64,000 bases of DNA from Hyphomonadaceae bacterium (GTDB lineage Bacteria; Pseudomonadota; Alphaproteobacteria; Caulobacterales; Aquidulcibacteraceae), in the NCBI GenBank assembly GCA_041398305.1, contig JAWKUZ010000002.1, forward strand, positions 231,237 to 295,236, written 5' to 3'. Positions 40,811 through 48,830 of this stretch are shown here, one piece after another; the stretch's first letter is position 1, and the number at the start of each line of letters is the position of its first letter. The notes below the pieces were generated by a model, which saw nothing but the letters and a program-made list of their open reading frames with translations, did not search any database and was not told the origin of the DNA. The position numbers and the translations under genes were made by a program.

Positions 40811-40842
40811 GGGCGCGGACAGCAATGTCCGCGCCCTTCTTT
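40811..40842 (+). terminator. Rho-independent terminator
   Basis: 11-bp stem GGGCGCGGACA-GCAA-TGTCCGCGCCC followed by TTCTTT. Confidence 0.8.
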
Positions 40843-40910
40843 GTTGGATTGCCTGATTCAGCACCCATTCAGCCGCGAAGTTCCAGGGTGTTGCTGGGAG
40901 CATATTCAAA

Positions 40911-41375
40911 ATGATGCGTAAGTTCGCGACCATACTCGCCGCTTTGGCCTTCGGCCTCACTACTCTCGTTCCAGCCACCGCCTCCGCCCAGCACAATCGC
41001 GGTGGGCATGATCGCGGCTATCACGGCGGCGGGGGCCATTATGGCGGCGACCGCTACGGCTGCCGGCGTGACAACCATTATGGCTGCGAGCGCGACCGAG
41101 ATCGCCGTCGCTACGGCCGCGATGATGACGACGCAATCGCCGCTGGCGTCATTGGCCTTGTGCTCGGCGCGGTGATCGCCAGCGCTGTTGCGAACAGCAA
41201 CAATGATCGCCGCGACGATGGTTATTACGACCGCCGCGATGAAGATTATTATCGCGATAGCCGTGCAGACGATCGCTACTACGAGCCGCCGCCGCCGGAG
41301 CCGCAATGCACGCGCCAAGAGCGTCAGTGGGATCGCTACGCGAACCGCTACGTCACCGTCGACGTGCCCTGCTAA
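40911..41375 (+). CDS. Secreted low-complexity (R/D/Y/G-rich) hypothetical protein
   Basis: Signal peptide ASA, AIAAGVIGLVLGA.IA segment, terminal C...PC. Confidence 0.65.
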   Translation: MMRKFATILAALAFGLTTLVPATASAQHNRGGHDRGYHGGGGHYGGDRYGCRRDNHYGCERDRDRRRYGRDDDDAIAAGVIGLVLGAVIASAVANSNNDRRDDGYYDRRDEDYYRDSRADDRYYEPPPPEPQCTRQERQWDRYANRYVTVDVPC

Positions 41376-41488
41376 TCAACCTTGCTGCGAAACGGAGGCG
41401 TGCCCTGCGGACCACAGGGCGCGCTTTCGCGCACTGAGTTGCAGCTCTCTCCATAATTTGTTCCGCTTCGTGCGCTACACTCTGTGTC

Positions 41489-41911
41489 ATGCGGTACGTG
41501 TGCGACGCGCCGGGCGGCGCAACTTGGTTCAGATTTGAGACCGAGGCCGAGGCAGAAGCCGAGGCGGCGCTGATGCATCACGTCGTCGACAAATACTTCC
41601 GCCGTTACGAAGGCGCAGCGCGCGAAACCTACCGGGCGCCGAAGGGCGCGGCGACATTCGAGCAAGCCATTGGCCTAAAGGATCACATCGCCAAGGCGAT
41701 GCCGCTTTTCCTGACCCTCAGGTCGGCCGACGGCGAGGGCCTCGCCACCGCGATGTTGCCGCCTGGCGGGCGCAACCAGGTGAATTTCCGCATCGTGATC
41801 GTAGGGCCGGGAAATTCCGATCCCTACGAAGAGCACGAAGATGCGATCGAAGCCCTCGCGCAGCACTTCGGCATCGAACTGCCGCGCGAGGATTGTTTCC
41901 CCTACGCTTAG
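41489..41911 (+). CDS. Hypothetical protein, PcfJ-like pattern
   Basis: E...M.H.V..Y...LTLR...G..LAT....I.G..N..P. Confidence 0.55.
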   Translation: MRYVCDAPGGATWFRFETEAEAEAEAALMHHVVDKYFRRYEGAARETYRAPKGAATFEQAIGLKDHIAKAMPLFLTLRSADGEGLATAMLPPGGRNQVNFRIVIVGPGNSDPYEEHEDAIEALAQHFGIELPREDCFPYA

Positions 41912-42513
41912 GGCTTGCCCGGCGTGCCGGATCCGCTGGTCTGGCCACCGCCTGCGGCGCCACCGCCGCCAGCTGGCGCATTGCTGACAATCCGCGCGCC
42001 GGCATAGCAAGGCGCTGTCGTGCAGGCCTGCATCAGCAGGCGGACCATGTATTGGCCGTTCGCGGTCGGCGTGTACGGGAAGATCGGATAGTCATCCGGC
42101 AGCATGTCGTTGGCGACAACGCCGCCGGTTTCCATGCTGATCAGCTCGAGATCGACATTCGAACAATCGCCATCGCAGGCGCCGATGAAGCCGTACTCGG
42201 TGCCGCCAGTGAGATCGACCAGGAAGCGATAATCGTGCCCTGGCTGCATCGGCACGATCGTATCGGCGCCAACTTGCGAATAGTTCGGTGCATTTCCGCC
42301 CTGCAACTGCGTCAGTTGCTGGCCAATGTTCTCAATGAGCTGTTGGCGCACCTCATCCGTGATCTGCGCCTGTTGCGTCGGCGAACCTGGCGATTGTGTC
42401 GACGGCGGCGTCGCACCTGCCTGCACCTTCGGCAACGCCGGTCCATCTGCCCCCTGCCCGCAAGCAGCGAGCCCAAACGCCACCGCGGCGGCGACCAAAA
42501 GTTGACGCATCAA
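41908..42513 (-). CDS. Lipoprotein with Cys-containing PPC-like beta domain
   Basis: Lipobox LAAC; GACD.DC..VDL, M.AC...PC. Confidence 0.65.
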   Translation of the reverse strand: MMRQLLVAAAVAFGLAACGQGADGPALPKVQAGATPPSTQSPGSPTQQAQITDEVRQQLIENIGQQLTQLQGGNAPNYSQVGADTIVPMQPGHDYRFLVDLTGGTEYGFIGACDGDCSNVDLELISMETGGVVANDMLPDDYPIFPYTPTANGQYMVRLLMQACTTAPCYAGARIVSNAPAGGGGAAGGGQTSGSGTPGKP

Positions 42514-42658
42514 TATTCCCTCCTTTGCTTCGCGACTCCGCCCTAGACCGGGGCGCCGCAGCTGTCACGTGTGGCCCACCCCCTAAAACGCGGCTGTGCC
42601 CTCCGTCACGTTTGGGGTGCTTGAAACTCACAGGGATGCGTCCTTTTTTGACGCACAA

Positions 42659-43333
42659 CTAAGGGTTCGAACTCGTTCCCCTAGCCAGAAGCCATCCGCA
42701 GACGCCGAGCGCCGCCAGCGCGCCAGCAAGCTGCGCGACAATGAAAGCAGGTGCGTCTTCCGGACGGATGCCGGCGAAGGTGTCGCTTAATGCGCGCGCG
42801 ATCGTGATGGCGGGGTTCGCGAACGAGGTCGATGCGGTCCACCAATAGCCGGCGGCAATGGTGAGCGCGACCGCCGACGCAACAGCGCTTTCACGCGCCT
42901 TCAAGACCAGAAGGATCACCGCGACGAGCGCGAACGTCGCCACGCCCTCTGACAACATCTGGCTCAACCCGCTGCGTTGCGTGGTGGCTTCCTGCAGCAG
43001 CGGCAAGCTGAACATGGCGTGCGCTAGAATTGCGCCAAGCACGCAGCCGCCAATCTGAACGAGGACATAAAGCGCTCCCTCAAGCGGCCGGAGTGCGCCG
43101 CGAAGCGCCATCACCAGCGTAACGGCTGGATTGAAGTGACCACCGGAGATCGGCGCGAGCGCGGTAATAAGAACGAAGAGTATCGCGGCGGTGGCGCCGG
43201 TGTTGGCCAAGAGCGCGATCGCGCTGTTGCCGCCGGCCAAATGCACCGCCATCACCCCGGAGCCGATCACCACGCCTGACAAGAAGCATGAGCCCAGCAA
43301 CTCGGCTGCGAGCCGCCTCACAAGATCGCTCAT
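42659..43333 (-). CDS. MIP/aquaglyceroporin (AqpS-like) arsenic channel
   Basis: ISGGHFNPAVT and STSFANPAIT NPA motifs; in ars operon. Confidence 0.88.
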   Translation of the reverse strand: MSDLVRRLAAELLGSCFLSGVVIGSGVMAVHLAGGNSAIALLANTGATAAILFVLITALAPISGGHFNPAVTLVMALRGALRPLEGALYVLVQIGGCVLGAILAHAMFSLPLLQEATTQRSGLSQMLSEGVATFALVAVILLVLKARESAVASAVALTIAAGYWWTASTSFANPAITIARALSDTFAGIRPEDAPAFIVAQLAGALAALGVCGWLLARGTSSNP

Positions 43334-43752
43334 AGAGCGCGCACCATCAGCGTTGAGGATGCCGGGCAAAGTCCGCTGAACTGGCGTGACGCCGCGATAT
43401 CCGGCGGCGCAGCGGATCGCTCCGCCGGCGCCCAGCCGAGTCGTTCGAAGAAAGACGCCGACCCGTTGGTCAGCAACCACAGGCGCTCGACGCCTTCCCG
43501 GCGCGCGTGCTCTGCGAGCGCTTCGACGAGAGCGGCGCCAACGCCGCTGCCGCGTGCTTCGGGCTTCACGACAATCGATCGGATGAGCGCATCCCTCCCC
43601 GCGCCGAACCCGCCCCACGCCACGTCATCGAGGCAGAAGTAGCGGAACGGCTCGGAGAACAGGTCTTCGGTCGGAAGCTTCGCGGCGGTCAGCGCCGCCA
43701 CGAACGCATCAAACTCAGCGCTACCCGGAACGATGCTACTCAGCATCTGCAA
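43330..43752 (-). CDS. GNAT N-acetyltransferase ArsN2-like
   Basis: LPTEDL, RG.GVG, LWLLT, S.QF..LCPAS. Confidence 0.82.
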   Translation of the reverse strand: MQMLSSIVPGSAEFDAFVAALTAAKLPTEDLFSEPFRYFCLDDVAWGGFGAGRDALIRSIVVKPEARGSGVGAALVEALAEHARREGVERLWLLTNGSASFFERLGWAPAERSAAPPDIAASRQFSGLCPASSTLMVRAL

Positions 43753-44214
43753 TCAAACGACCGTCTCTACCGCGCGCGGCCCGCAACAGGCGGCGGGCTT
43801 CGTCGCTGCGTGCGATTCCGGCGCTGCACTTTCGACACCGCCGCCATAGGTCGTCGACTCACCCGTGGTCAGGAAAGTTTCCCAGGCGACGCCCTGCGGA
43901 TCGTTGATCCAGGACTTCTCGGACTTGGCGTAGCAGCAGGTCGTCGCGCCTTCCTCGAACACCGGCGCATCGGCCGCTTCGAGGCGCGCATAGACTTCGC
44001 TCAGCTCTTCCGGCGTTTCCACCTGGATGCCCAAGTGGCGCACGCCGCCGCCATCCTGGCGCGTCGAGATCGCGAAGTTCACGCGCGGATCGTCGAGCAT
44101 CCATTTTGCGTAATCGTTCTTGATCACGGTCGGCTCGGCCGCAAACAGGTTCGAGTAGAAGGCAATTGATTTGTCGAGGTCGTTGACGCCGACATGGACG
44201 TGGAGACGCTTCAT
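43753..44214 (-). CDS. arsI: ArsI/CadI-family VOC protein (C-As lyase)
   Basis: R.HVHV.V.DL..SI.FY, YAKW...DP..NFAIS, HLGIQV, TTCCYA.S.K.W..DP.G..WE. Confidence 0.88.
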   Translation of the reverse strand: MKRLHVHVGVNDLDKSIAFYSNLFAAEPTVIKNDYAKWMLDDPRVNFAISTRQDGGGVRHLGIQVETPEELSEVYARLEAADAPVFEEGATTCCYAKSEKSWINDPQGVAWETFLTTGESTTYGGGVESAAPESHAATKPAACCGPRAVETVV

Positions 44215-44537
44215 GACGCTTTCCTTTTTGCTGACGCCGCGGGCGCGCACGCAGAGCCGCCGCAGCAGTTTTCGGTGAGAAAGCCGACCAGCCCGTTCAT
44301 CACGGCGAAATCGGCGGAATAGATCAGCGACCGGCTTTCGCGGCGCTGTTCGATCAGCCCCGCGCGCGTGAGGTGCGCGAGGTGAAACGACAGCGACGAG
44401 GCCGGCATATCGAGCTTGTCGGCAATCGCGCCGGCGGGACGCCCCTCCGGCCCCGCCTGCACCAGCAGCCGGTAGATCGCGAGCCGATGCTCGTTTGCCA
44501 GCGCACCCAGCGCTTCGATAGCTTGTGGACTTTTCAT
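44211..44537 (-). CDS. arsR: ArsR-family repressor with C-terminal CC motif
   Basis: RL.IYRLLVQAGP.G, SSLSFHL, L.ENCCGG. Confidence 0.9.
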   Translation of the reverse strand: MKSPQAIEALGALANEHRLAIYRLLVQAGPEGRPAGAIADKLDMPASSLSFHLAHLTRAGLIEQRRESRSLIYSADFAVMNGLVGFLTENCCGGSACAPAASAKRKAS

Positions 44538-44561
44538 TTCGATATTTCCAGTATCATCGAA
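44538..44561. promoter_or_regulatory. Candidate ArsR operator
   Basis: TTCGAT-N12-ATCGAA dyad abutting the arsR start. Confidence 0.55.
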
Positions 44562-44604
44562 CTGATGCAGACGCAAGCGGCTTTCGGGAGCCTGGCTCAA
44601 ATAT

Positions 44605-45222
44605 TCAGCTGCGGAAGCTGGCGTCTCTATAGTCCGGGCAGTGCGCCACTGGCGTGGGCAGCGCCTCGGGGGTGCGGCTGTTGGCGAGCCAGCACTCGTC
44701 GAAGATCGAACAATAACAATACTCGATTGCATTGGCAGGGTCAGACGCAACCAGCCTGAGCGCCTCGACCAAAGACGTGTCGCGCGTGCCGAAGATCACG
44801 ATCCTCTCACCAGCGCGGAGCACGCGATTGTTGGCGGCCGTTTGTGAGAACTCCACCTCGCGTCCGCCGCTTGCGGTGCGGACGACATCCGCCCAGGTCG
44901 TCATGTGTTCGCCCGCCATCGTCACGCGCATCGCGCGGACGTGCGCCGGGCCAACGCCCGCATTGGTGAACGAGAACTCAAATACCGCGTCGTCTTCGCC
45001 GACATAATCGCTCACGGCGAGCTGAACGTACGGCCAGACCGCCGCGGCCGTTTGGCGGCGCACCGCCTCCGACTCCGTCAGCGCCGCATAAAGCGCGACC
45101 ACCGCGATAAAGACGCCCACGACCGACAGCACTGTCTGCCAAACCGATATGCGAATGAAAATCTTTTCTGAGCGCGACAGCAATGGCTCTTGGGGTTCGG
45201 GTTGTTCGTTATCTGCGCCCAA
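44605..45222 (-). CDS. Hypothetical single-TM protein
   Basis: TM segment, A.VWPY, CYCSIFDECW motif. Confidence 0.65.
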   Translation of the reverse strand: MGADNEQPEPQEPLLSRSEKIFIRISVWQTVLSVVGVFIAVVALYAALTESEAVRRQTAAAVWPYVQLAVSDYVGEDDAVFEFSFTNAGVGPAHVRAMRVTMAGEHMTTWADVVRTASGGREVEFSQTAANNRVLRAGERIVIFGTRDTSLVEALRLVASDPANAIEYCYCSIFDECWLANSRTPEALPTPVAHCPDYRDASFRS

Positions 45223-45292
45223 AACTATGTCTCCGCTCTTGGCGATGCAGCACCAGCAGACGCCTAATCGCTAACCACCCTCAATGCCACCC

Positions 45293-46129
45293 TCATCCGT
45301 GCGCCGCCTGCGCGGGAGAAGCATCACCAGTGTCCGCCTCAGCCGCCGCGGCCATGGCGGCGGCGGCTGAGGCTTGAGGGTCGGCCGTCGCCGCGAACGC
45401 CTCCTGCCATGCCTCCTCATCGAGACCAAAATAGCGCCGCGACTCCAACGCGCTTTGCCGCGCAGCGGCGATCGACTCTTCATCGCCCTCGCCAAACGCG
45501 TCGCGTCTCACCGCGGCGATCGAGTCCACGAAAATCGCCGGCGCACCCTTCGGGTTGTGCACCATGCAATAGGCAAGAAACGCGGCGTAGCGGAACTTGC
45601 CCACGAGCTCCGCCTCGCGCGACCGCTTCTCGGCCACTGCCTCTTCCACCTCACGCGCCTCGCGCGCCTCATCGCGCCGCTGCGTTTCGCTCAGGCGCTT
45701 GCGCATCATCTCCGCCATCGACGCCAACGCCTGCGCCTCTTTCGAGCGCCCCTGCACCATCGCCGCACTCGCCTGCGCCAACGCCCGCCGCTCCAACGCC
45801 GCCGCTATATCCGTCGCATCTTCCTCAGCCGCGATGCGCTCCACCAGCGAGGTCATCTCATCGTGCTGCTGCTTCGCCGCAGCCGCGGCCTCCGCGACCT
45901 CACGCTCGGCGTCAGCGACCGACTTTCGCGAAACTGCCTCCGCCATTGCCTCCTTCGTCCAACCCTCCTGGCACGCATGGCGATAAATGCTCGTCGGCGA
46001 GACGCGATACTTCTTCGCCAACGCTCGCGCGGTGGCGCCGTTCAGATACTCAGCGCGGATCCTCGCCCAGCTCTCAGCTGAAAGCCGGAACCAGGTGGGC
46101 TTTGGATCGTCGGGATGTCTCTTCGTCAT
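45293..46129 (-). CDS. Hypothetical HTH/coiled-coil protein
   Basis: W..IR.EY..G.....LA.KY.VS..SIY..A..EGW N-terminal HTH; Ala/Glu-rich helices. Confidence 0.65.
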   Translation of the reverse strand: MTKRHPDDPKPTWFRLSAESWARIRAEYLNGATARALAKKYRVSPTSIYRHACQEGWTKEAMAEAVSRKSVADAEREVAEAAAAAKQQHDEMTSLVERIAAEEDATDIAAALERRALAQASAAMVQGRSKEAQALASMAEMMRKRLSETQRRDEAREAREVEEAVAEKRSREAELVGKFRYAAFLAYCMVHNPKGAPAIFVDSIAAVRRDAFGEGDEESIAAARQSALESRRYFGLDEEAWQEAFAATADPQASAAAAMAAAAEADTGDASPAQAAHG

Positions 46130-46256
46130 GCGCGCATTGTAAGCGCTGAGAGAACGCGGTCGGATTGAGAGCCGTCTGAGAGACGCAAATCTCAAGTGAG
46201 ACAAGGCTGCATGGTTGATTTGGCTGTGGGATAGCCCCCACCACTATCCCACTCCT

Positions 46257-46369
46257 TCCGTCATTCCGGGGCTTCGCGCAGCGAAGAACCCGGAACCCAG
46301 GAGTCACCGCTGCAACGTTTGCCCCTAGGTTCCGGGTTCTCGGCTATCGCCGAGCCCCGGAATGACGGA
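46257..46369. repeat. CGTC-tagged REP-doublet (REPIN-like) element, copy A
   Basis: 17-bp terminal inverted repeats TCCGTCATTCCGGGGCT/AGCCCCGGAATGACGGA, each arm with an internal hairpin. Confidence 0.88.
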
Positions 46370-46370
46370 G

Positions 46371-46715
46371 CTAACGTTCCTCATGCCACGGATCATCATA
46401 CTTCCGCAGATGCCGCGGCAGCAGGAAGTCTTCATACAAATCCCGCCACTGCGGATTAGCCTTCTCGATCAGCGCCAGCTTCCAATCCCGCCGCCACTTC
46501 TTGATCGCCTTCTCGCGCGCAATCGCCGTCGCGAGATCACCATGCTCCTCCCACCAGACAAGCAACTTGCATCCGTGATCGCGCGAGAACCCCTCAAAGC
46601 GCGCCTCACGATGCTCAAGCCCACGCCGCAACAGATCACTCGTGACGCCAAGATAAAGCGTCCCGTTGCGCCTACTCGCCATCAGATAGACAGCAATAAG
46701 ATCAAGCCGCGCCAA
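46371..46715 (-). CDS. Small GIY-YIG nuclease
   Basis: VYLMAS..NGTLYLGVTSDL.RR..EH, L..W.E.....AI.REK.IKKW.R.WK..LIE..NP.W.DL; TTG start with GGAGGT RBS. Confidence 0.9.
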   Translation of the reverse strand: MARLDLIAVYLMASRRNGTLYLGVTSDLLRRGLEHREARFEGFSRDHGCKLLVWWEEHGDLATAIAREKAIKKWRRDWKLALIEKANPQWRDLYEDFLLPRHLRKYDDPWHEER

Positions 46716-46725
46716 GCGCTCACCT

Positions 46726-46770
46726 CCGTCGTTCCGGAGCAATACGTCAGCATTGAACCCAGAACCCAGG
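46726..46770. repeat. Degenerate half copy of the CGTC element
   Basis: CCGTCGTTCCGGAGC...GAACCCAGAACCCAGG versus consensus CCGTCATTCCGGGGC...GAACCCGGAACCCAGG. Confidence 0.65.
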
Positions 46771-46797
46771 ATGTACAAGAACAACTCGCCACCGCCC

Positions 46798-46905
46798 CCG
46801 TCATTCCGGGGCATCGCGCAGCGATGAACCCGGAACCCAGGGGCCACGTTCTGCGCATTAGCCCCTAGCTTCCGGGCTCGGCCTCCGGCCGCCCAGGAAT
46901 GACGG
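46798..46905. repeat. CGTC-tagged REP-doublet (REPIN-like) element, copy B
   Basis: CCGTCATTCCGGGGC...GCCCAGGAATGACGG; left arm nearly identical to copy A. Confidence 0.88.
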
Positions 46906-47033
46906 AGCTTGTTGCCAAAGTTGGGGGAATGGCGGGTGCGAGTTTAGCGGGATTTATCCTCGTTCTCTTGCCGTTGATTGGCGCGAGAACTGGGGGTATC
47001 CCGGAGCCACATGACGCGAACAGGAGTTTCGAA

Positions 47034-48830
47034 GTGGACACAGGGCAGAAGACTGAGTCGCTGGCGCAGTTGGTCGATGACATTTCCAGAGACGCCGTGG
47101 CACTGCCTGAATTTCAGCGTGACTTCGTCTGGGACATTGAGAAGACCTATGACCTGTTCGACTCGTTCGCGAAGGACATTTTTATCGGATCGCTGATCTA
47201 CGGCGTTCCGAGTTTTGAAATCACTGTTCGGGAGATCGACAAACGTCCCCGCTCTGGGAAGGGCTCGCGCGCGAAGCTCAAATTGTCCTCATACACGCGG
47301 AAGGACATCGAGAAACGGGTCAAGATCAACGGGTTCAGATTGCTTCTGGACGGTCAGCAGCGCGCGACGTCGATCTTCCGCCTCACCGGCGTTGACGAGA
47401 TCTATTTTGTCTGCCTCCGCGATGACGAGCTAGACTCGGATACACTGACGACCCCGCGCGGAAAGCGCGCGCTGGAGTCTGTTCTCAGTGAGTTCAGAGG
47501 CGATCTGCTTCGCGGCCGCGTGAACATATTGCTCAGCGACGTTTATCGGACGCTTCGCGGCGAAGCGCAGCGCGAAAAAGAGAAGGTTGCGCTGTTCTTG
47601 AAGTCGAACGAATTTGACGGAATTGACGCGTCCAACGCGGAGGAGTCACCAGAGTTTGAGACCTTTCTTACGCAGCTGAAGAATCTCGAAAACCTCTTCC
47701 GCCAAGAGAAGCTGGTTTCGTACTATCTGTTGGACACAGACGAAGAAAAGTTCGCGCTCTTTTTCGAGCGGTCAAACAGCAAGGGCATTCAACTAAACTT
47801 CATCGATATCTTGGCTGCGAAGCTCTACGTCGGATTCAATCTGCGAGCCGCCATACAAGAGTTCGAGGAGACCAATCCAAACTTGCCACTGAATCGTGAA
47901 GTCATAGTCCGAGCTATCAGCTTCCATGTAAGCGGCGGAAAGGATATGGGGCGCGCGTATATTCTTTCGACACTTACACACGCTCATTTCACGGAGCATT
48001 GGCAACGCTTCACCGCTGCGTACAAGGCAGTGCTAGATTTCCTTACGACTTCTCGTCTGCTTATCCACCCCGCATGGATGCCGTACGACAACGCCCTAAT
48101 TCCGCTTATGGCGTTCATTCTTAAATTCAAACACCTCGACTTCTCTCAAATTACCGAGCAGCAGTCCAAGTTGATCAAGACCTGGTATTGGCTTGCCATC
48201 TTCTCAAGAAGATATTCGAGCGCCGCACAAACCTACGCAATTGAGGACGCGCAAGCCTTGCAGAAACTCGCCGACGGCGACGTCACTTCAGTCGTGTCTA
48301 TCATCACGCGAGTCCACTCAATCGTCACCAGCGCTGAAGATCTGCTTGTCATCCACAAGAAATACGATGCGCTGTACAAAGGTGTTTTGAACCTCGTCAG
48401 CTTTCACACTGGTGGATTCCTGAATCTAGAGAATGGCAATCCCGCGTCTGTGGCGAGCAACCTTGAAGACCATCACATCTTTCCAAATGACTATCTGAGA
48501 AAAAACTGGAGCCAAGTACACGAAACGCTCGACTCACAAATCGTCATCGACTGTGTCGTTAATCGGACGCTGATTCCAAAACTAACGAATATCAAGGTTT
48601 CGAATAAGGCCCCGTCCACTTATCTGCAGGAACTGAAAAAGCAGAACGTCAATCTGAACTCGGCGCTCAATTCACACATGATCGACCAAGAGGTTATCTC
48701 AGGCGACTACGATAAAATGTACGACTACTTTTTGAACGAACGCGCCGGCAAGATTCTGGCCGCAATTGTCGACCACGTAACCGGCCCTCAGCAAGAAGTG
48801 ATCAAGAAGCTGTCTGGCGGGACCGCCTAG
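47034..48830 (+). CDS. GmrSD-like DUF262 + HNH (DUF1524-like) modification-dependent restriction protein
   Basis: [28 protein letters not shown]...N..LI...N; visibly lower GC; GTG start after AGGAG. Confidence 0.82.
   Translation: MDTGQKTESLAQLVDDISRDAVALPEFQRDFVWDIEKTYDLFDSFAKDIFIGSLIYGVPSFEITVREIDKRPRSGKGSRAKLKLSSYTRKDIEKRVKINGFRLLLDGQQRATSIFRLTGVDEIYFVCLRDDELDSDTLTTPRGKRALESVLSEFRGDLLRGRVNILLSDVYRTLRGEAQREKEKVALFLKSNEFDGIDASNAEESPEFETFLTQLKNLENLFRQEKLVSYYLLDTDEEKFALFFERSNSKGIQLNFIDILAAKLYVGFNLRAAIQEFEETNPNLPLNREVIVRAISFHVSGGKDMGRAYILSTLTHAHFTEHWQRFTAAYKAVLDFLTTSRLLIHPAWMPYDNALIPLMAFILKFKHLDFSQITEQQSKLIKTWYWLAIFSRRYSSAAQTYAIEDAQALQKLADGDVTSVVSIITRVHSIVTSAEDLLVIHKKYDALYKGVLNLVSFHTGGFLNLENGNPASVASNLEDHHIFPNDYLRKNWSQVHETLDSQIVIDCVVNRTLIPKLTNIKVSNKAPSTYLQELKKQNVNLNSALNSHMIDQEVISGDYDKMYDYFLNERAGKILAAIVDHVTGPQQEVIKKLSGGTA

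Noticed and set aside
40990-41300. Repetitive GAT/CGC-rich DNA as a repeat array
   Set aside because: Explained by low-complexity R/D/Y coding sequence of a secreted protein.
46362-46868. Plus-strand 168-aa ORF and the extended N-termini of the GIY-YIG and DUF262 ORFs
   Set aside because: Antisense shadow or read-through of repeat sequence; better RBS-supported starts are at 46715 and 47034.
46257-46905. CRISPR array or IS terminal repeats
   Set aside because: Only two and a half long palindromic units, no regular repeat-spacer period, no cas or transposase gene, no evident target duplication.
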